64,000 nucleotides of DNA from Raillietiella orientalis. Lineage: Eukaryota. Location of the stretch: the NCBI GenBank assembly GCA_036172245.1, contig JAYWIR010000003.1, positions 2,790,001-2,854,000 on the forward strand, read 5' to 3'. The position numbers were made by a program, and so were the translations under genes. The notes under the pieces are model-generated. The model was not told the DNA's origin. It ran no database searches and worked only from the letters and a program-made list of their open reading frames with translations. Below, one piece after another: positions 38,001 to 51,800 of the stretch (positions are counted from its first letter, which is position 1; every line of letters begins with the position of its first letter).

Positions 38001-40661
38001 CACGTGCATCCTATATCGCGTGGGTCTCCGTCTGCTCTCGCTGTTCGTCTTCGTGATCGGGAAGGGGGGGTGGGGAAGAAAACTCAGTCTCTTCGGCGTC
38101 CACAGAGGCCCAGGATCGTAACGAAGGAGAGGGGGGTAAATAGGGACGAGTGCATGAGTGCGTAATGCAGCGATGCCGGTGGTGGTGCTGGAGTGCGGGC
38201 TTCCCTGCCTTCAGCAGCACGTTGGCATCACACGAAGCACAGAGACGTCATCACTGTGCTGGACCGCGCACACAGCACCGTGGTCAGAAGAACCCCATCG
38301 CGTTCCACCCTATACCGAACGTTTCGTCCCCACTTTCATCTCCCCCTTTTGCACGGCTCCCGCCCGGAGATCGCCGCAGTCTCGGAAAGGAACGGAAACT
38401 CCTACCTCGAAATGATGAATGGCGATCCTTTCTTCTTCCTGTCGTGATCCATCCCATTGGCTCACTAAATATACATCGGTTTATTTTATTTATTTATCTA
38501 TTTTTGTGGGGGGCTCCTCCTCTTGATTAGAGTCGCTTCTTCTTGCAACGATGTTGGATTCCAACGCCGAGGAAAACTAGCAGATGGAGTTTTTGGAACA
38601 ATCACGTTCCGACATCTGGTGGTGCAGTGAATCTATTGGTGGATAACTTTAGCCAAACGCACCACGAACACGGGCGTCCGTGAGGCTTCTGTAGACACTA
38701 AGAACGGGAAAGAGAGGACGATTTCTCTTGGGAACGGAGACTGCGGCTTCAGAAGAACACGCCAGAAGCTGTCTGAAATGGCCGAATCCGCCGAGCGGCA
38801 AGCTATCTTGTCGTCGAGGCGATAGTAACCACGACAGCTGGTCGACTCGCAGCGCATACCATCTGCGGCTTTGGATTCCGGGTGCTCCTAGCGTCTGGAA
38901 AGTTCCGCAAAACGAAGGAACGCAGGAACCTTTTCGTTCTTTCATTCCCTTGAGGGACCTATGAGGTGCGTACGCACTGGCAGTGCGGGAGAGCGCTGCT
39001 CCCGTGTTCGCTTGACCGAGAGCGGTGCCAATTCAAAGCGCTGGTTCACGAACGAAACCCCTCTGGATCCTAAACGAAGTAACCAGGAGATGAGCATCCT
39101 GCCAGGGAAAGTCCTCCCCGATGTAACCAGATGAATTTCCTCATCTTCTCTGAAGAGTCACCACCGTTCCTGCATGAAGTCTTCATTGGAAAAGGAACAC
39201 AATCGATGCTCAAGACAAAGAGAGCTCCTTGAACGTTTTCGGAATCCACCCTCTTCCTGGAGAACACACTGAACACACCATCAACGTGTGCGCTTCGTGA
39301 CAGCTCGGAATTCGAAATCCGGTCCTACCTCTTCGATGCCCATTTCTTGTTCCGTTACCCGAAACTCCGACTCCACACTGCCTTTTAGATTTTCCCAGAG
39401 GAGAACGTCTTCGATATTAGGGGTGTTTGTTACTTGGTGACGATCAGTTCTCTCTTTCCATTAATGCAGTGTAATAAAATGTAAGCCAGAGGCAACTGTC
39501 CTTTCACGTCAACAGTGCGGACTATTGCTCATTGGCAGATGGGTTGAAACCTTCTCAGGGATACATGGAGGGAGGATAAGTCTGCACCCCGATCAGGGGA
39601 AAGATGAGTCCTTAGGTGTAGGGTGGTGAAAAGTTCGTCTTTGTCTTCGAACCATCCTTTTCAGTCTCAAAAAGAGGATTTTCCTTCCCAGTTCTAAACA
39701 AATGTTTCTCCTTGGAAACGAGGAGCAGAGGTATGGGAAAGCTTCAACCGGTATTGATTTCGTCCATCACTTGCACACACGTCTAAAAGCACTCGTGTTT
39801 CCCATTTGGATGGAATGGTAACAGGTTGATGAAAGAAATGGATCTATGGAAGAATTTCAGGAGATTTCTCATTCCAGGATCGAAACAAGTCTCCTACGCT
39901 GCGCATATCATTACGTCCGTATTCCAGGAGCCGCTTGCATCAAATCGGGAATTCAGTCCCAGCTGTCTTATCTCGTGAGCTTCAAGAAGTCCCACGTAGG
40001 TCCAAGATGAAAAAGGTTTCACTGTAGCTTACGAAAAAGTGAGACGCATAGGAAGGCATAAGTGCAATTCCCATTCCTTCTTTTGCACTTTACAGGGAGC
40101 GCAGAGCTGGAAGATCGACAAACTTGAATGGGTTCGAACAACAAGAGCAACCACTAACCACTTTGGCCGCCTTGAGTCTTGTGCTCCTAGAAAGCAAAAG
40201 GTCTCGGGCTACGATCTGCTGAAGACCGTGCGCACTTAAACCTGAGGTAGGAAGAGACCGATAATAGGGGAGAATGAGAACACGTGATGGAGTGATGAGA
40301 ATATGTGTTGTTCTACTCACCGGCTACCTCCAGACCCATCTCTCAAGAGTCCCACTCTTAAAAAAATAAAAAATAAAAGGCACTGTCGCGGTTTGCCAGT
40401 CTGGTCAAATCCAGACGTTTCCCGGTTTTAAACCGCTATAGTGGATAAGGTCATTGCGTGGCATTTATCGGATTAGAATAATAATCAATTTTAATGATAA
40501 TTCACAAGGAAAGCTTGCTCCTCGGGAAAAAGTAGTTCAGGATAACAATTCGTCCGAAGGTTGGTCTAAGGATCCTTCAATGCCCGCACGCTGATAGTAA
40601 GAAATATCCAGCAATCTGTAAGGATGAACATGCCTAGAAGGACATGTTGTCAGGGGTGCCA

Positions 40662-40828
40662 GCCCACTGATGTATCAGTATTGTTCGCGCGTTAACGAAT
40701 GGAATCAAGTCTCCATGATGAGGAAGCTAAAAGAGACCATTACATCAGGAAACCATGAAGTGAAAGATGTGTACTGTATCATCTAGGACGAACGAGAACT
40801 AGTTTTGTCAGTGAATTCCCTCATCCGT
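40662..40828 (+). repeat. Diverged ~170-bp direct repeat, copy 1
   Basis: Collinear blocks shared with 42666-42841: gcccactgatg.atcagta, tgatgaggaa, tcaggaa.ccatga.gtgaaagatgtg, atctaggacga, aactagttttgtca.tgaattcc.tcat.cgt. Confidence 0.85.
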
Positions 40829-42665
40829 TCTAGTCGCCATCTATTTTCCTTTGACAGCATTGAACATCTGGCTTGATTGAGGTGATGAGGCCAGCTGGAA
40901 GAACTCTACGGAATGGAATCGCCCCTGCCCAGGGCAAGAAGTAGTGGAACAGACTTAAGAGCATTTTCTTGTAATGGCAATGATTTGCTGCCGTTTCGCG
41001 TCGCTGGGAAGCTGATGAGGGATGCATCAAGGCCTGAAGATGACCGTTGGTGCTGCTGCCATTGAACGAGCTGATGGTTTCCACGGTTTTCCCGTCCACC
41101 GGAGTATCCACAAAAGCTCCTTCCTCATCGTCACAGATAGCAGCAATGATGGCGCTGCTGTGGAGCGCTACGTAACGACTGGCAGTTGCGCTGCCGTCAG
41201 TCAGCATCGTCAGCGTCATGGATGATCGAAATGGCATCGATTCTGGAGTTCTTATCGACGGCAGTAGTGAAGTTGTCGTCTCTCTCACTGTCATCAATGA
41301 TCTATAAACCTCTGTTAGTGATGATTATTGTTGTCGACGTAGGTGCCGCCATTGATGGCATTGGTACTCTAGTTGGCAGTGGTGACGGTGACGATGGCGT
41401 TGTCACCGAGCGCAAGCCAAGTCACACACTGTCACTACGACTTTGGTTCCTATTCAACGACATCCTGCGTTTCCATCGTTTCGGCGTTGACTCATCCCCG
41501 GACCTTCATTGAAGTGGGATTTCCACCCCCAAAAGTGGTTGCGCACTTTATCTCTAATGACATTACTGCACTCTACCACTCTGGTGATGGTCTTTACGTG
41601 ATCAACTGGATGTGGTGTTACCAGTTTGGGAGCCTCCAACGCGCGGTTTCTCTCGCCTGCAAAGCACAGTCGTCCCAACGACTTCGTTCCTTCCAAGACC
41701 TTGAAAGAACCCGAAATTTCGCAAACTTTCTCATATCTGGGAGTCAAATGTCTTAGGAAGAGAAGGGAGGGCGAGTTACCGCAAGCGTTCCCTGGAACAG
41801 AAAGAAGCGCCAAAAGCAGATGTGATGGAAGGGATTCGGCCATGAAGACATCCTGCACTCAGTTGCCTAGTGAGAAGAAAGTGGGAATGGAACTTCCTTG
41901 AAATGAAAAGGACTTCCTTTTCCTTTTCGATCGGCATTTCTCTTGGACTGGAAAACAAAGAGTAAACAAACAGTAGCTGCTGGAGAAGCAGAAAGGGAAT
42001 TTAGACTCGGACCGAGAAGTCAAGAGAGGTAGTTTTCAAGCTTATGGGAAGATCATGTGGAAAAAATGAGTTGGACATTCCATCACGGTCGGATTTTCTC
42101 ATCTCTGAATTTTACACTCACTGCGGCTGCTCCCGAATTTATTGCCACGGATAAGGATACGATGAGAACAGGGACGGTTTGATGTCTTCGGGATCGCTCT
42201 TCTAGAGCCAAAAGCGACGCGGTTCTAAATGACTGTGCGTTGTTTTGGAATCTTTTCGTCAGTGCAATATGCTGTTGCTAAGATGATTAACTTCGCTTCT
42301 TTTAATTAGGATCAATATAATGCTCTTCCCTCCTGCATTCGCACTTTTTATTGTTACGACAAAACAAAAGCTTGATTGCATCCTTCTCTTCTTTTCATAC
42401 CGCGATGGGAATTCTGGGATGACTTCGAAAGGCTGTACACACAACTGCCTATACAGGATAACAGTAATGAAACAAAGAGGCAATCAAACGTGGGAATGGA
42501 GCATGAGACTCATCCTTCGCCCATTTTCAACTCAACGAGCTCTGATGCCATCCGAATATGATAGCTCTGCTTGCTACCAGCATGGAAATCCAAAGGCACA
42601 TACCAATGCTGACCTCCCTTCTGCATTCAGGAACGAGGCTTCCTCGTGCCACTCCGGCACCCACG

Positions 42666-42841
42666 GCCCACTGATGAATCAGTAGCGTTTGCGCCTTATC
42701 GAATAGCATGGAGCCTTCGTGATGAGGAAACCAAAAGGCACCACCGCGTCAGGAAGCCATGAGGTGAAAGATGTGCTCTGTATGATCTAGGACGATCCCC
42801 TGAAACAAAAACTAGTTTTGTCACTGAATTCCTTCATTCGT
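42666..42841 (+). repeat. Diverged ~170-bp direct repeat, copy 2
   Basis: Same blocks as 40662-40828, about 2 kb downstream in the same orientation. Confidence 0.85.
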
Positions 42842-45800
42842 ATGAAATGGAGTGGAGCAGTCAAAAGACCATAGGCATTTTTCAGTTACATGTAAGGATT
42901 TTTCATAATTACATATGACATATCCTTGTGTGCCTGTACGAAACTGTGCTCTGCACAGAATGGCGAAGTTTGAACTTGGATCATGAAAGTATCGTCTCTG
43001 TAAGAAAAATCACGCTGCAGGCATTTATCGATGAAACAGATGAATCTCTGTTTGGTTTCCTAATTCCTCCTTTTTGTTTCCCTTTGAATCTACGGTCATG
43101 GAATGGTCCCTTGGTATGGGACGATGGCAAACGCGTTCGAGACGGATTCGTGTGAGGTGAGACTCGAAATTACTGTGAAAGGCGGGATTTTCCAAAAGCG
43201 AATGCACTTGTTGCGCCCTGATGAACTCAAGAACAGGACGGTCGCTTCCATCCGTCAACATGCATGCATGTCTGACACACTCTAGAGTGATCTCCAAGAC
43301 TGCACTGTGTCTCCATTCAAACCTGTCGTGAGAGTCGAGTTTCCTGGGAAGCATCCAAGCAGCAGCTTTTGAAAGAAGCAATTCGCAAGCAGGAACTTCG
43401 GATGAATGAATGCTGGAGCTACCTGAAGGCGGACTGTAACCGACGGCAAACTGAGGAAGCAGAGAGCAAAAGAAGGTTTGGGAGGCGCAGTTCTTCATAG
43501 TCCGACAAGCGGCGGGGCGAAGGCATTTTCTAACAAAACTTGGCAGAGGTTTGAACACACACTTTGAAACGAGTTTCAACAGCGCTTGTACAAAACTACA
43601 TTTTTCCCTGAACTTCACATGGGATGTCTCGTTTCCTTGTTCCATCTTAACGCTGTAACCCTTCTGAATCGACTCTTCCGGGGGAAATGAGGAAAAGAAT
43701 CGGTGCTGCTTTGCACTCGTGAGTCATCTGCAGGTTAGTTCAAGCTTGGGAGTCACAAATGATCCATCTGAGGGAGCTTTTCCATAAGGATGGAAAATAG
43801 TCATCTTTTATCTTAATTTCATCGTTTTTTTTTTTTTTTTGGTTTTTTTTTTTTTCATTTTCCTACATTTGTAAAGTAATCAAGGAAACTCCGTGTCATC
43901 TTTCACCCTTCAGTAGCCAAGGAAATGGCTGCATACCTTCTTTTTCAGCAAATTAGTCCAGCCCGCCCAGCGTTACGGTTTTTGAGTGTCAGATGAAGGT
44001 AGCGACACACGGAGTCTGCAAGCAACTGATGCTAGAGAGGAGTGCATCACCGAGGAACGAAATTTTAGAGACGATGGCAACGCTCTGTGCTAGCGTTCAT
44101 CCGAGTTTGTGGACAGTCGAAATTCCGTGCTCCTTCCTCGCACTCGGGCCGATGGAAATGCATCAGCTGGGGATGTTTTTGGTGCCGCTGAAAAAGGAAA
44201 AAACCTTCTGCACCCCGATTGCAAGGTGCAAAGAGGATGGTGGCTGCCACACTTTTCACAGCAGCCAGTGAGATCACACGACCGGCGGAAGAGGAAACAT
44301 CAGGCTTCAAAATTAGGTGCATCGCAAGCAACAAGGACACCAGGACCAAGAAATATGAAAGCAATTCCTCGTATCTGCAGAAATCCTATGACCTGCTTCA
44401 TTACTGGTGCTTCGGCACGTCCATCGCCTTTATCCTCCTTCCCTCAAACAGAAGATGGAAAATGGAAATTCGAAATTTTGCTGAACTTACTTTATGATCA
44501 TTGGTTCTTTCTCAAAAAACAAAGAAAAAAAGAAAGCATCAAAGCCACAATCGTCTGTGAAATTTATGGAATGTTCTGAAAAACCGCGATGTGATATCAA
44601 CTGAATGGTACCTATTCTGGCCGATGGTGCTCATACCTGTCATGCTGAAGCGGAAGAAAACTTTACTGCTCCTCAGTGCAGGAATTTCCATACTTTGCTG
44701 ATACATTTTACATTCTACGAAGCGGGTTCCAAAAGCAGTACAATGACACACAAAACTTTCCATTGAGAAAGAACATTGGTACAGAGCTAGACAAGTATTT
44801 TAGCTACTCCTTTATGCTGCCTACGGCAACAGTTCCAAGTGGCGCCTGTAATAGACGGGCTCCTAAAATAATTTAGAACATTTGAGTCAGAGAAAGATTT
44901 TTCTTATTCTAACGTTTCAACTACACGCGCTCTTTTTAGCAGCTCAGCAAGATCGAGCAGCCTTATATCTGTGGCCCTATGCAGACACCGGATCGTTACT
45001 CTCCTTCCGAGCTCAGTGAATGTACCTCTCAAATGAGCATGAGGACCTTCCATTGGAAATTGCATACAGGAACTAATGATTGAAGTCATGGTCCCATCCT
45101 TATCGATGTATTTCCTGTTGGATGAAATCCTTGACTTTGAGCACGTTTCTTATCAAAGTCTATATAGATCTGCGGAAGCATACAATCACACATTCCATCC
45201 TTCCCTGAAGGCTCGCTCTGCTAGATCTAAACTGTGGAACAGAGTGTTGTAAACCCATTGATTCGTCCAAGCATAATAAATGGAGGCTATGTCATTAAGC
45301 ATCATCTATGATTCTCATCCTTGTTGATTCTCACAAGCGAAGTGGACTTCTGAACCTTAGAGGTTACTCTACTCCAGAGAGAGATTACTCTACTCCAGAG
45401 ATTCTTCTTCCGAAAATTCACATCGCAAACCACGATGGATGAAGCCATCTTCCTGCCATCAAGCAGCCACTCCAGATCTGGACTCAGGAAGCTGCGAAAT
45501 GCTTCCACGTCCTAAGCATAAGATTGCTTTTAGTAGCAACTTAATGTGATCCCGTGCACGTGCACCTTCTTCCATAAGATCCTTCTCATGGAACATAAAA
45601 AGGTAACCCAACGAAAGCATCAGACATTCGATTGAGCACAGATTCTCAGGTGACAGTCTTCGTCAAGTTCACAGAGAAGCTCAATCTTAGCGCTGATCCA
45701 TTCATCCCAGCTTCCAGAAAATTTTGCTTCTTTCTCCAAGGTTTGTTTTCAAACTTCTGTGTGATTTATCGTTGTGGAGACTGCTCTTCATGGTCGCTCT

Positions 45801-48800
45801 GAGGAGTTCAGCTGCAAGTATTAGGGAGTGAACGTGAAATTCCTGTTTCCATAACACATTCTAAGGGTATGGAATAATAAACCCTGCTCAGAGGGTTGTG
45901 AGTTCTTCTAAATGCTCCTCATAATGGAAACGGTGAAGGAACTGATCTGACCAACACTCACGCAAACGCACTGTGCCTGTCGTGGCAATCCGGGATAAAT
46001 CTATTGAGGAGACACTTCTTCGCTTGAGCTACTCCTTTAGTCTTTGGAACTCATTTTTTGCATGTTCAATTTTTTTTTTTTTTTTTTCGGAAAGGAGAGG
46101 CTGTTGAGATGCTAAGATTCAACCATTTTTCTTTCGGGAAAATATCGGCCGTTTTAATCGAGAACCCTCTGGAAGAGAAATGAACTGAAAAACTTTTTCA
46201 AAAGAAACACATCACATAAAGATGCCGGAAACTTCATGGATTGAAAAATCAAATCGAATTATTCTGAAGCACGACGGATGCGTTTGAAACAAGCACTAGC
46301 ATCTTTGCGTACGAAGATGCGATTCAAAGTCTGCATTAGCTCTTTGCTTCGTCTCCTGCCACTAGCACGGCTTCTTATTCGAAGACTTATGTGATTATCA
46401 GGCTTATGTGAGTATCAGTGTTTTTCCTCTGTCGTGCAACCTGCAAGATTTTAGAAGTCATTAGTCTGATACGTTCCTTCTATTTCAAGACCCTCCTGAG
46501 GTCTTCGTGCTGACGACGAGAGGCCTCCAGTCACCAAGCACCCCATGTCCCCAGTTGGTCCGCTGGCATATCCTCCGGAATTTCCCTGATTGATTGTTCA
46601 CTTCCCCAAATGCTACTCTCTCCGGTTGCCATCTTTTCACTTGCATTTTGAAGTCGCTCCAAAACAGATGGAAATTCCGGAACTTTCATTAACTGAGCCT
46701 TTGAAAATCAGATTTCCGGCAAAGTCTTTTGCTTTACGTGGAGCGCAAGCTACTCTGTTCCTTACTCGGTCCTTATTCTTCTCTTCTGTTGCAAGTCTTT
46801 CCTTGATTCGCAGCTCCCTTGAGATCATACTTTATCACCAATCAGGCGTGGATTCCCCAAGAACAAGGCGACATTGTGATTGCTGTGATGCTGTCCTTCT
46901 AGAGGATAAGATGTGTCTTCCTCACTTTAAAAACATCTCATTTCTCTTCGCAAGCAATGCTGCTCTCCTAGAACCTCTTCCTAAGCATGTTCCGCCTATG
47001 GAATTCATTTTCTCCTTAGACCTCTCTTTCTGCGGTCAGAAAGAGCAACTTCCCTTCCAGAAAGTGTCTTGCTGCTCATTCAGCAATGTAGTTTCCATTC
47101 TTATCTTCTTGTTCCTAGTCAGAGTGGCATCCTGCTGCTCTAATGCGCGGAATTTCTAGAATTCCGCTCTCTAGAGAACAAAGCGTTGGAACCCTTCTCT
47201 CCTCCTCGATGTCTTTGGTCATCAGAATCAGGGTCTTCCGTATCCCCGATTCAGTGTGTTTCCTCTGCCATGCAACCTGGTGAGCTGCAATGAGACTCTG
47301 ATTGCCATCAGCTGCGAGTCACTAAGCTCATTATCTGCTGCCTTCCCAACTAGGTTTTCGAATTGCATCCCATAGATTTGGCAGTCGGTCACTGTGCATG
47401 CCATTTTGGGTGGTTCGATGCGACGTTGTTGCTGTATCAAAAAGCCGTGACGTAAGTTCCGGTTCGAACCGAGACTGAGATTTACGCTTGCCTCAGTGAT
47501 TTAAAGTGTACGATAGATAGTGCGTGCTAAAAAAAAAAAAAAAAAACGGCGGACAAGTTTCTATTTTGGAATGTCTAAATTTAAAATCTGACAGCAAGGA
47601 AGGTAGCAAAATATGCGTAATTTGCTATCAGAATCAAAGAAAGATGCTGAAGACGTGAGATAAACAAACGACTTGGCGTTCTTGGGAACTTCGAGAATGA
47701 GTTTGACCAGAGAACAAAGGATTTGGCAAATGGATGACATCATCTATCTGGAGCTTTACTGGAAAATTCCCGAGGAATTCTTGAGTTGCTTCTCGAAGGT
47801 TCCAACCAAATGGGAATGGATCATTGGCTCTCGGATTCGGATCACAATATTCACTTCTGGTGGACACATGCAAATGAAAAACAGAGACAAAATAGGGAAG
47901 CAGGCAACAAGAGAAGCATCAGAGTTAAAAGGCTGGAGAAGGTCACCCTCTACATAAAGTTATTCTTGGTAGGTTCATGTTTTAGGATTTTTTAGAGCTT
48001 CTTGCTTGCGTGAAATGAGCATGCAGTATAGAGGCAAAGTTCGCGCTGCCCTTTCACCCTTTATCTTTTTTTCATTGTACAGAAGCGAGTAAGAAATGAG
48101 TGCCAGACGTGACCAAGGCTTAGCTTTTTATGCCAGTGAAGAAGAATCGTTTTCAAACAAAATTAATTTCTACTTTGGGGAAAAGGGGATGTGCCCCACG
48201 ACTTCTGGGCCTGCTGATACAGCAGTCCCAGGTGATGCTTTTCTGTTAGCTGTTTTTAGAAGCAACAGACGAGAAGCATCAGTGACTTTGAAACCACGGT
48301 CGCGTGAATCATAAGCGATTCAGCTTTGAGCTGTCACTTCAGCTCCACCTTTCATTCCCTACCTTTATGATCTTTTAGTCTTTTTCATGGGGCTGTTCTT
48401 CAAGTGCAAGAAGGGAATTCCCTTTCTACTCTTGGAATTTCGATCAACTCAGCCTTGGAACAATACTGCAGAAATGTGCTGCAGGACACCGAGGATCTTT
48501 GTGTGTCAGGAACGGAGATGGCCGGTTCTTTCCCCATCAGAAAGACGTGGTTGCCGCTCTGTTCATCTCCTGAAGTTGAAATAAGGACCTGTCTTGTGAT
48601 CCTGTTCTCTCCGCAAACAAGATTGCAGCTGGTTCTCATCTTGAGCCATCGAGCGTTCCTTTATAAAGCTGGCTGAATGTAGTTGCAATTTCAGGAGATT
48701 GCTCACAAGAACCTCAGTTGGACTTCTTGGGGCAGTAAAAGAATCCTTTTGAATTCTTCTGAGGTTATAAATTCACCAGTTCATTTGGACTGGCAGATTT

Positions 48801-51800
48801 TGGCTACAGAGTAGCAGCCTCTTTTCTAACACTGAGTGAGTGGGGGAATTATGCTCCTTGTTTGGTTTTTATACCACTGGACCTGGGATAACAATTTCAT
48901 TACTGATGATTCCCCTGACCGGCTGATTTTTCAGTTTTGCAAGAACTCGTGGGGACTCCGAACGTGATCTCGTGGAAAAGCTCGTTGAGTTAGATGAACT
49001 CTTAGCAATCACTATCTCTTTCACTGTGAAGGAAAAGTAAGAGAAATTCCTTGTGAATTCCCCTCGGTTCATTGTGTGATTCTTGAATTCTTGGCAAAGA
49101 AGTGGCAATTTCCATGTCAGCAGTTGAGCCATTCTACGACCTCCTTCCTAGCGATTCGCCACGCAAATCGACATGAACTCGCAAACGCCTCCTTTTGTCT
49201 TTCCAAACGTGAGGAAGATCTTCACAATTCACCGCTGCCATGCAAAAGCCTCCCCTCCTAGGGACTTCACGGCCCCATCAGCTTTGTAATGGGACAAGAA
49301 AACATCGGAAACGCGAGCTCCAGGTGAGTTCCGTGGAATATTTGAAACTCTGTGATGACATTTGCTGTGTATCTTTTAATAGCAACAACAGAATCTGCTA
49401 TCACCATTACTGCTTCTTAAAACCGCATACCTCTACTTGTGCTCCTTCCACTCTGGCTCTTCTCCTTTTTCCCTCCTCTTTCTTATCTACTGCTTATCCC
49501 TTCCCTTCTTCCAAAAGTGGGAGTCTTTACAATTCCTAGGGTATGGAACGCAATGCCGTGCCTCCTTTCCCCTCCTCTTGGCCAAGGAAAAAGAAGACGG
49601 AACCTGGACTCACGATAGTATCCCAAAAGAGCGTTCGATTTTAACATGGAGCCATGCGAGATTCTTCCGGTTGCCAAATGCACTGTTGAACGACGAAAGG
49701 AGACCTCAGCACACATGGCCCTCGCGGAGAAACTGACTGTCGAATGGCGAGCACTTTCTGGAGAGCTACGGATGCTGCTTCCGAAGCCAAGCAGCTTACC
49801 GATTTGAATCAATAGAAAGCCCCCCGAGTGAGAACTTTATAGTCTTGGTGAGATGTAGCGAAGGAGCTTCGAGAGAGGAAAACGCCGAGCCGAAGACGTC
49901 TCGTATACCCAGAATGTGATTCACAAGATCTTTGCTAAGGAGAAGACTCACAAGTGTCCTCCTGATTCCTAAGATGGCCGATGGTTCAGCCTCTGTCCTT
50001 CAGCTCTTCTCGTCGGCCCAGGAGGAGAAGCTGCCTTGTGGAGAAACGAGCGAGAGATTCTTCACGAAAGACGAGAATCATGAAGGAGATAGGATCCGGG
50101 GATGCGGGAGCGATCTAGTCGGGTCCCTGCCAGCAGAAGAACGCCGCGCCGGAGCAAACGTTGATCGGCAGAGCCCGGAGAGCACAGCCATGGACACCAG
50201 AAGAGGCCGCAGTTGAGACGGATCTCCCTGCAACGATAAAGAACCGGAGAAAGGGAGTTTCTAGGGTCTGACACCCCGAAAGCGGCCCTCAACGGTCTCG
50301 GAGAACCTGAATACCGAAAGTAAGCAGCGAGCGCGTTTCCTGCGCTGCGCTGATGTTCGCGCGGGACCCTGAGGGGAACTCCTTACCTCTGTAGCGACCC
50401 ACTACACCTCTTTAGAGCAGAAGCCTGCTGCTGGTGGAGAAGACTGGCGCTTCAGTGCTACCGCGTCCCCTTATCCTCCCTATCTCTCCCCTCCTCTCCC
50501 CCTTCTCGTTTTATCCTCCTTTCTCCCTCCCTTTTGTTTTTTGGGGATGCTCGCCGAGCCGACAAGTTCGCTTCCTCTGGAGGGGCCGCTAGAGGCGCTC
50601 TTGATAGAGGGGTCAGAAGCACGCAAGGTCCGACGGAAACGTGGGAGCATCTCTTCGCGTTCCCTTCGCAACCGAGTACGAGGTGCCACTCTCCATTGAT
50701 GGGTAACCAGAATAGAAGCCAACGTTCCTCTGGGAACGAGGAGGATTTCGCAGATGTGCAGATCAGCGCGGGATTCAGAGGCAATGGGCGGAAACCAGCA
50801 AGAGGCTGTCGGCAGGATCAGAGCAGACCAGGTGGGCGGCACAGGGAAGGCGGAGTTTCGTCCGAAACGCATGGCGGACTGCCTGCTCTCCCCGTCGACA
50901 GGAAGCGCTCGAAGGCATTCCCGAAAGTCTGCTTGCCGCCGTCCGCCTGGCTACAGGATTCCCAACGACCCAATCCGGAGCGCAACCCCCGAAGCTCCGT
51001 GGTTTCTGAAAGAATCCCGGAAGATCTACTCCCTATTCCGGATAGTTGAAGGGAACATTTGGTCTCCAGCACGCCAAGCGTCATTCCAGTTGCCTCACTA
51101 GAAGCTCAACTAGCGTGCTACAGGGCGGCTCGGAACCCCAAGACGCGCCCCCATTCTCGACGTTGATCCTTTGCGGGGGATTTCCAACCCGCGACGCTTG
51201 GTGTTGCCTGCGGAAGCCGCAGCTGCATGGTCGCCAATGACACTGCAACGGGGAGGGAAGGGGGAGATCTTTTGCATCCGCGCACTTCTTTCCCTGGAAT
51301 CCGAAGCCTCCTTCGCGGTGTCTGGGGTGTGTGCGAGTCTGCCTCAGCTTTTCGGAAAAGAGGCGGCTCTAACTCCCCCTCTTCTTATTCTTCGTGTTGC
51401 CCTCTGGGCAACAACGAAGGCGGCGTCAAGTTTTTGCAGGAACGTTTATAGAATGCAAGTTCATTGCAGTTTTCGGGAGTGCGCTCAGAAACCCTCCCAT
51501 GTTTCCTGGAGAAGGAGAGACATTCCTGAACAAAGGGCAGAAACATTCTGCTACCAATACTACTACTACGAATAATAACTTTTTGCTGTCGATTTCGTTT
51601 TCCTTTTTCTCCTTTTGAGCTAGAAGAAGGTGAAAAAAGAGTGGAATGGTCAGTTGAAGGGGAAGTCTGACAGTCTCTATGCTTCACGGAGCTTCCTCTA
51701 GCTGGAAGCGGTGGCTTCGTGAAGAGTGTGGTACTCTCTGAAGTTTCGGAAAAGACGGTGGTTTCAGATTTGGTCACTTCGGTTGCTTTGGGTCACATCG

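Noticed and set aside
42666..42841. Hammerhead ribozyme or C/D snoRNA in the direct repeat (CTGATGA, RTGATGA...CTGA)
   Set aside because: No stem II/GAAA geometry for a hammerhead. The D box is absent in copy 1 (GTGA) and there is no terminal stem.
45363..45401. Short tandem duplication (ttactctactccagaga x2); similar ones near 46385 and 8270
   Set aside because: Two-copy slippage duplications, not CRISPR-like or otherwise informative.
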